A stretch of 56,541 nucleotides of DNA, counting the filler, from Malacoraja senta (taxonomy: Eukaryota): assembly GCA_038087875.1 (NCBI GenBank). It is 2 parts of 2 records of this genome, joined end to end, with 100 filler letters (N's around TTAATTAATTAA, not from the genome) between each part and the next. Parts side by side here need not be neighbours in the genome. Positions count along the whole stretch, not along the records: positions 27,584 to 56,541 come from JAXLNO010002519.1; 1 more part is not named here. One strand, given 5' to 3'. The position numbers and the translations under genes were made by a program. Position 1 is the first letter of the stretch. Every line of letters begins with the position of its first letter. Under the pieces are notes generated by a model, which was not told the DNA's origin, did not search any database, and saw only the letters and a program-made list of their open reading frames with translations. Below, piece after piece: positions 50,863 to 56,541 of the stretch.

Positions 50863-51901
50863 GCAATGTCACAACATTTTGAGATTTTAAAAATCAAGTC
50901 TGCAATTTATCCCATCAGATAAAGCATAAAAAGAAGTTGAATTTGACACCTAATCCACTTTCATATCTTCTGTATTAAAAAAGTTTGGCCATTTTCATAC
51001 TCGGAAATTAACATCTTGTTCCCTATTGCTTTTCCATTGACTTAACACAAAAGCTGTGATCAAGGACAGTCAAAAGCCCATAACTTTCTTAAAAATTAAG
51101 AGAACTTAATGACATTTTCAGTTATTATAGATTGAAGCATTCTGAAACAAATATGAAACAATCTTACTTGGATGACCTGAAATTAAAGCACATAATTAGT
51201 TAGTTACCCAATTGTAGCTAATTACAAAATTCAATTACTAGATCTAAATATCTATCCATTACTTAAGAAAAAGTTAACATTTTTAAAAAGCCTAAGTGTC
51301 CAAATAACATTCACACAAGAATTCACAATAAAACATTATATTTAAATCTCATTGTCATTCATTTATAGGCCAAATGGAAGGAATTTAGTGTTTAATTCCT
51401 GTAAATATATGGCCATTTAAATCATCTTGCGAGTGGGATTTTGTGGAACGCGCTGGTTTGGAACGCTGCGGTTGCACTGAATTAAACCCCAATATCGGCA
51501 GGAAAAATACTGCCGGTTGGTATATTTAAATAATCAAATTTTCGCAACTAGAAATTTTTATTAAAGGCATCCTAAGAAGCAAGTTTATATGAAAAAATAA
51601 ATGGTGTACCTTGCCTTTCCCGTGCGTGAAATCCGTCCCCGTTGTCGGCGTTTACGGCATTTGAAGATGATTTTAATTTTACTCCACCAATTAAATTATA
51701 AAGCGCTAATATTAATAAACTTAACAAAACGGCAGTCGAAGCAATTTTTCTTCATCAACTATTTAGCCTGTTCAAGATCGTTTAGAACAGGCTGCCGAAA
51801 TATTGCATTTTAAACCCGCCCCCCTCTCAAAGGCGCCAAAGTCGCGCACACGGGCAGTGACAGAACTGCAGCGCCGCTGAAGGTAAGTTTTGTAACATAC
51901 C
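50863..51901. mobile_element. 1039-bp non-coding insertion, probably a DNA transposon/MITE, specific to copy 3
   Basis: Absent at the equivalent sites in copies 1 and 2; TA on both sides; imperfect 12-bp TIR (GCAATGTCACAA / GGTATGTTACAA). Confidence 0.65.
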
Positions 51902-51978
51902 TAGATGTAGTCACAATGATTAAAATGGAAACAACAGAAGATAATGATTATCTATGAAAGAATATTTAACGTTCTTAC

Positions 51979-52245
51979 CCCAGATGATGGTCTTCCCACC
52001 GGGCAGGCTGCTGTGATCGACATGACAGGAATACTGTTTCCCATCATACGGATCATACTCAAGCACAGACCTTAGATGATATGTTCCATCGTTGTTGGGT
52101 ATGACCCCAGAAGATTTTGTCTCAGAGACATGTTGACCATTCTGCAACCAGCTGACATTGATGGTCGGTGGGTAAAATCCAAACACAGTGCAGTACAGGA
52201 CTGAATGATCATCAGGGCGGGCAGCGACAGTGACCTCAGGGGAAA
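51979..52245 (-). CDS. Ig-C1 alpha3 exon, MHC class I-like copy 3
   Basis: Intact splice sites; four differences from copy 1 (Leu to Val, Ala to Thr, two synonymous). Confidence 0.92.
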
Positions 52246-53821
52246 CTACAAGACAGTAAGTTGGTTATTTTCACCTTCAGTAAAACGTGCAGTCACCCAT
52301 CACAAAATATTCTTCAGTCTACTACAACCACCAAGTTACTGTCTACATCTGCCCCATTTTGCCCCTTTCGTCACCATTAACCAACCACGTGGTTTAGAAG
52401 GGATTGTACGCTCCCTGTTAAGAGAGTACACAAGAAAGTTTGGAAGTACGTACCATTAAATTCAGGAACAGCTTCTTCCCCGCTGTTATTGGACTACTGA
52501 ATGATTCTCATGTAAGATAAGATGTTGCCCTGATCTTCCAACCAATCTCATTGTGATCTTTGCAACTCTTTTTGATCTGCACTTTCTCTGTAACTGTAAT
52601 GCTATGATATTGTAAACCGATATGATGCACTCTGAGTAGTTTTCTCTTTGCACTGTTCTACTTGTGGATGGCTTGATTGCACATGTGTAGTATGATCTGA
52701 TTGGATAACACACAGACAAACTTTTGACTATATCTCAGTTCACGTGACAATAATAAACTAATACCAACGGCAAATCTTTTCACAAGGGCATATTATTGAC
52801 AATAATAAATAATTGACAAGTTACGAAATGAGGGCCAATTGGGGAGGGGACAAGCTTAAAATTGGCAGTATTTTCACTCCTCTTCAATAAGAGATAAAAG
52901 AGACCAGTCATTTGTTTACAAAATCTCTTTTTGCAGAGTGTGGTCATTCTCTGGCGCCAGCGATTTGTGAAGACAAAATCATTGGAAGCATTTAATATGG
53001 CGGTAGTTAAACTTTTGAAAGATTGGAGAATTGAGTGCAATGAGGAACTGGCACCGAACAGGAGTTGATGCCTGAGGAACGTCAGCCATGGTCATATTGA
53101 ATGGTGGGCAGGTTAGAGGACCAAATGGCTTACTCGGAAACTTGATAACTGAGGAGAAAATCATGCTTCTGAATGATCGTTCCATAAGCTAGGGTACGGT
53201 CCAATTGACCACTACCCCATTACAGACAGTAGATGCATTTATGGAACTATGCAGGAAGGAACTGTAGATGCTGGTTTAAACCGCAGATAGACACAAAATG
53301 CTAGAGTAACTCAACGGGTCAGGCAGCATCTCTGGAGAGAAGGAATTGTGTCGAAACCCTTATCTAATGGAACTGGTGTGCTACATTGCTGAGAACTATA
53401 TGCCACACTCTGTACCTTCCCCTTTGCTCTACCTTCAGTACTTGAGTTGACTTGATCATATATATGAATGTTGTTATCTCATCCAATTGGATAGCATGGA
53501 ACTGTACCTGGAAAGTTGCTGCCTTACAGTACCACAGACCAAAGTTCAATCCTGACAATGGGTGCTGTCTATATAGAGTTCATATATTCTCCCTGTGACC
53601 ATGTGAGTTATCTCCGGGTGCTACAGTTCCGTCACATTCAAAGACGTGCAGGTTTGTAAGTTTTTTTGGCTTCTGTAAATTGTCCCTAGTGTGCAGGATA
53701 GAACTAATATTTGGGTGGTCGTTAGTCAGCACAGGTTCAGTGGGCCAAAAGGCCTATTTCCATGCTGTACCTCGAAACTAAACGTGGCAATAATAAACCG
53801 AAACCTATCCCTGTGCCTATC

Positions 53822-53988
53822 TGTAGATTAGTGTCACTCATACTGTGGCTCCGCCCACAGGCTTATTAGACAGCTCTCTCTCTCTCTCTGGTAGACTGGT
53901 AGTAAGCATGCTGAGAAGAAAGCACCTTGTGTTTCCTCTGCAAAGTTACTAATAACCACTATGTGTGAGTTTGATCATTCTTCCAACA
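53822..53988 (+). mobile_element. Solo LTR paralog with CTATC TSD
   Basis: Same site as 12272-12475; an internal deletion removes the AATAAA. Confidence 0.82.
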
Positions 53989-56541
53989 CTATCTCTTGTG
54001 TTGTTACGTCTCTGGAACTAAGTGGTAGCTGCGCTTAACTTTGTTGTAGCATAACTGTTTAAGCTGAACAATTCATGAAAAAAGTCTAAAAAGGATAAAA
54101 AAAACAAGTGATTCCAGCATGTTGAAAGATAATTGGGACTGATACGTAATGGGGTGGCACTGCGGCACAGTTCCAGTGACGAGGGTTTGGTCACAATCTT
54201 GAAACAGAAAAACTTAAACTGAGGCAGGCGCCTCAACTTCATCAATCCAGTGCTGTTATGACACTGGGCCGTAACATGAGAAAATGAGAAATTGGGTATT
54301 TCCTTAGGGCAAAATCAGACTTCTCAGAGACTTGAAAGCTGCAAGATAGTTCTGGAATGTGGTGGATCTCTGCGTGCTGTTCCAGAAGAGGACGAATTGT
54401 ACTTATGTACAGTATGACTTGACTGGGGAGAATGCAGAACAACCATTTCACTGCAGATAGACACAAAAAGCTGGAGTAACTCAGCGGGACAGGCAGCATC
54501 TCTGGAGAGAAGGGACGGGGTGTCCAGCATCTGCTGTTCCATCCAAACCATTTCACTGCATCTCTGCATGCATGAAACTAAACAGAGTTATATAAAATGC
54601 AGCACATACTGCAGTACTCAAGTAGGTCAGGCTGTCATGATTTTGCAGGTGGATAACTTAACTGTAATTAAAAAACACACAAAAACGTGCAGGTGTAACT
54701 CAGTGGCTCAGGCAGCATCTGGAAGACATGGTTATGTAATGTTTCAGCTTGGGATCTTGTTTCATACTTCTTGCATCTGTTCTTTCTGACTTCAACTTAA
54801 CAGTTGAAATGACCAGTTCTTTTATCGACAGGGAATGCAACTCGCTGAATGTGGAATTGAGTTTGAAAGGCTGCAACATGTCCAGACAGAAGCTGAGTTG
54901 TTGGTCCTCAAGGTTACGTTCACCCTTGTTATCCTAGTGTAAGAGGTACAGATGGATGGATCATGGTGGGTGTTGAATGGAGAATTAGAGTGGCAGGAAT
55001 TAGGAATCTTAGAAAGTCCCATGGATTGAATGCAGGTTCTCCAGAAAGCAGCCACTCAATTTGTTTCATTGATGCCATGTGGAAGATTACGTCATGAAAA
55101 CTAAATGCAGTAGATTTGACTGGAAGTGCTAGTGTTTCACGCTGTTTCACTTTGAAGAACTACCTGGGTCTATGGATAGTGGGAAGGGAAGAGGTAAATG
55201 GATAGATGTTGCATGCACCAAGACAGGAAAGTAGAGGAAAGTTGTGGGAATAGTAGACAGACCAGGGAGTGAAAAAGGGAATGACTATTTCAAGATATAG
55301 AATGGGGATCAGGGCAGGAGGGGAGGGAGAAATGGATTGACTAATTGAATCAGATTTAAACTGGGAGTAAGTATTCAACATGGAGGCTGGAGGAGTGGAA
55401 AACTTATCCCTGCCCTGTCCAATGAGAATATATAGAACATAGAACAGTACAAGAACAGGACTTTCAGCCTGCAATGTCCATGTGGAACAGGATCCCAAGT
55501 TAAACTAAGGCAACACAGAGGCACAGTGATAGAGTGGCTGTCTTACAGCATTAGAGACCCGGGTTCGATTCTGACTAGAGTGCTGTCTGGACGGAGTCTG
55601 TACGTTCCCTCTGTCACCCTGTGGGTGTTCTCTGGGGGCTCCGGTTTCCTCCCAAATACAAAAGACGTGCAGGTTTGTAGGTAAATTGGCTTCTGTAAAT
55701 TGTCCCTAGCTTGTCGGACAGAAATAGTGAATGGGCAATTGCTGGTCAGTGCGGACTCAGTGGCCCAAAGTTCCTGTTTCCATACTCTATCTCTAAACTA
55801 AACCAAAACTCATCTCCACTGCCTGCATGTGATCCATATCCTTGTATTCCCTGCATAACCACGAGCCTGTCCAAAACCTTCTTAAGCACCATTATCATGT
55901 CCTCCTCTACCACCACTCCTGGTAGCGCATTCTAGGTATCAAGCTCTCTCTGCAAAAAAACACTTGACCTGCACAACTCGTGTAAATTTTGCCCTTCGAA
56001 GCTTACCGCTATGCTCTATAGAGATGTGTGAAAGAGATGCAATCCCATTAGGGGCTGTCAACTGTGGTCAAGAAAATCCATGGTTAACTAATATGAAAGA
56101 CATCAATTGCATTTTCTCCCTTTCAAGCAGGGATGTAATGCTGAGGTTCTATAAGGCACCAGTCAAGCCACATTTGGAGCATTGTGAGCAATTTTGGGCA
56201 CCATATCTGAGGAAGGATGTGCTGGCTCTATAGAGGGTCCAGAGGAGGTGTACAAGAATGATCCCAGGAATTAATGGATTAACATATGATGAGCATTTGA
56301 TGGCAGTGGACCGGTACTCGCTGGATTTTAGAAGAATAAGGGGGGACCTCATTGAATCATACCAAATAGTGAAAAGCTTGGATAGAGTGGATGTGGAGAG
56401 GATCAATTCAGGGGTCATTAACCCTCCCTTTACTCTCTTTCCCTTCAACTCCGTCATCGACTATCCCAATGGCCATGAGGGGGGGGGGGTCCAAGAGGAT
56501 GGGGGTCCGTTGGAGACGGGAAAAGGGATCATCAATGGGGG

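Larger units (their letters stand above)
44543..56374 (+). repeat. Direct segmental duplication of 4029-15368, more diverged than the palindrome arms
   Basis: Colinear order of all SINEs, LINE remnants, the solo LTR and the MHC exons; differs by a 1039-bp insertion here and a 505-bp insertion in copy 1. Confidence 0.97.

Overview
Eukaryotic, transposon-saturated DNA. The repeat content (HE1/V-SINE-type SINEs, CR1/HER1-type LINEs, Penelope, Rex-type, L1, DIRS, Gypsy, hAT) points to a cartilaginous fish, probably a skate or ray; this is an inference. No prokaryotic genes, CRISPR arrays or rRNA are present, and most short ORFs in the track are chance frames in repeats. The only host-gene content is an MHC class I-type heavy-chain module: an Ig-C1 alpha3 exon, a transmembrane exon and a candidate cytoplasmic exon. 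Copy 1 is on the minus strand (alpha3 10370-10636, TM 7594-7701). Copy 3 is also minus (alpha3 51979-52245, TM 48077-48184) and lies in a diverged direct segmental duplication (4029-15368 vs 44543-56374, period about 40.5 kb). Copy 2 is on the plus strand (alpha3 26131-26397) in the right arm of a large near-identical palindrome (arms 9294-16346 and 20443-27483, with a 4.1-kb spacer made of TE remnants). I found no alpha1/alpha2 exons in the window. Other notable items are a gag-less Gypsy element whose primer-binding site copies 30 nt of mature tRNA-Leu, a DIRS element whose empty site survives in the paralog, and a family of GC-rich non-coding retroposons with covarying hairpins. Two assembly gaps (27484-27583, 35473-35600) limit interpretation. 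Boundaries of degenerate repeats are approximate and all alignments were done by eye.
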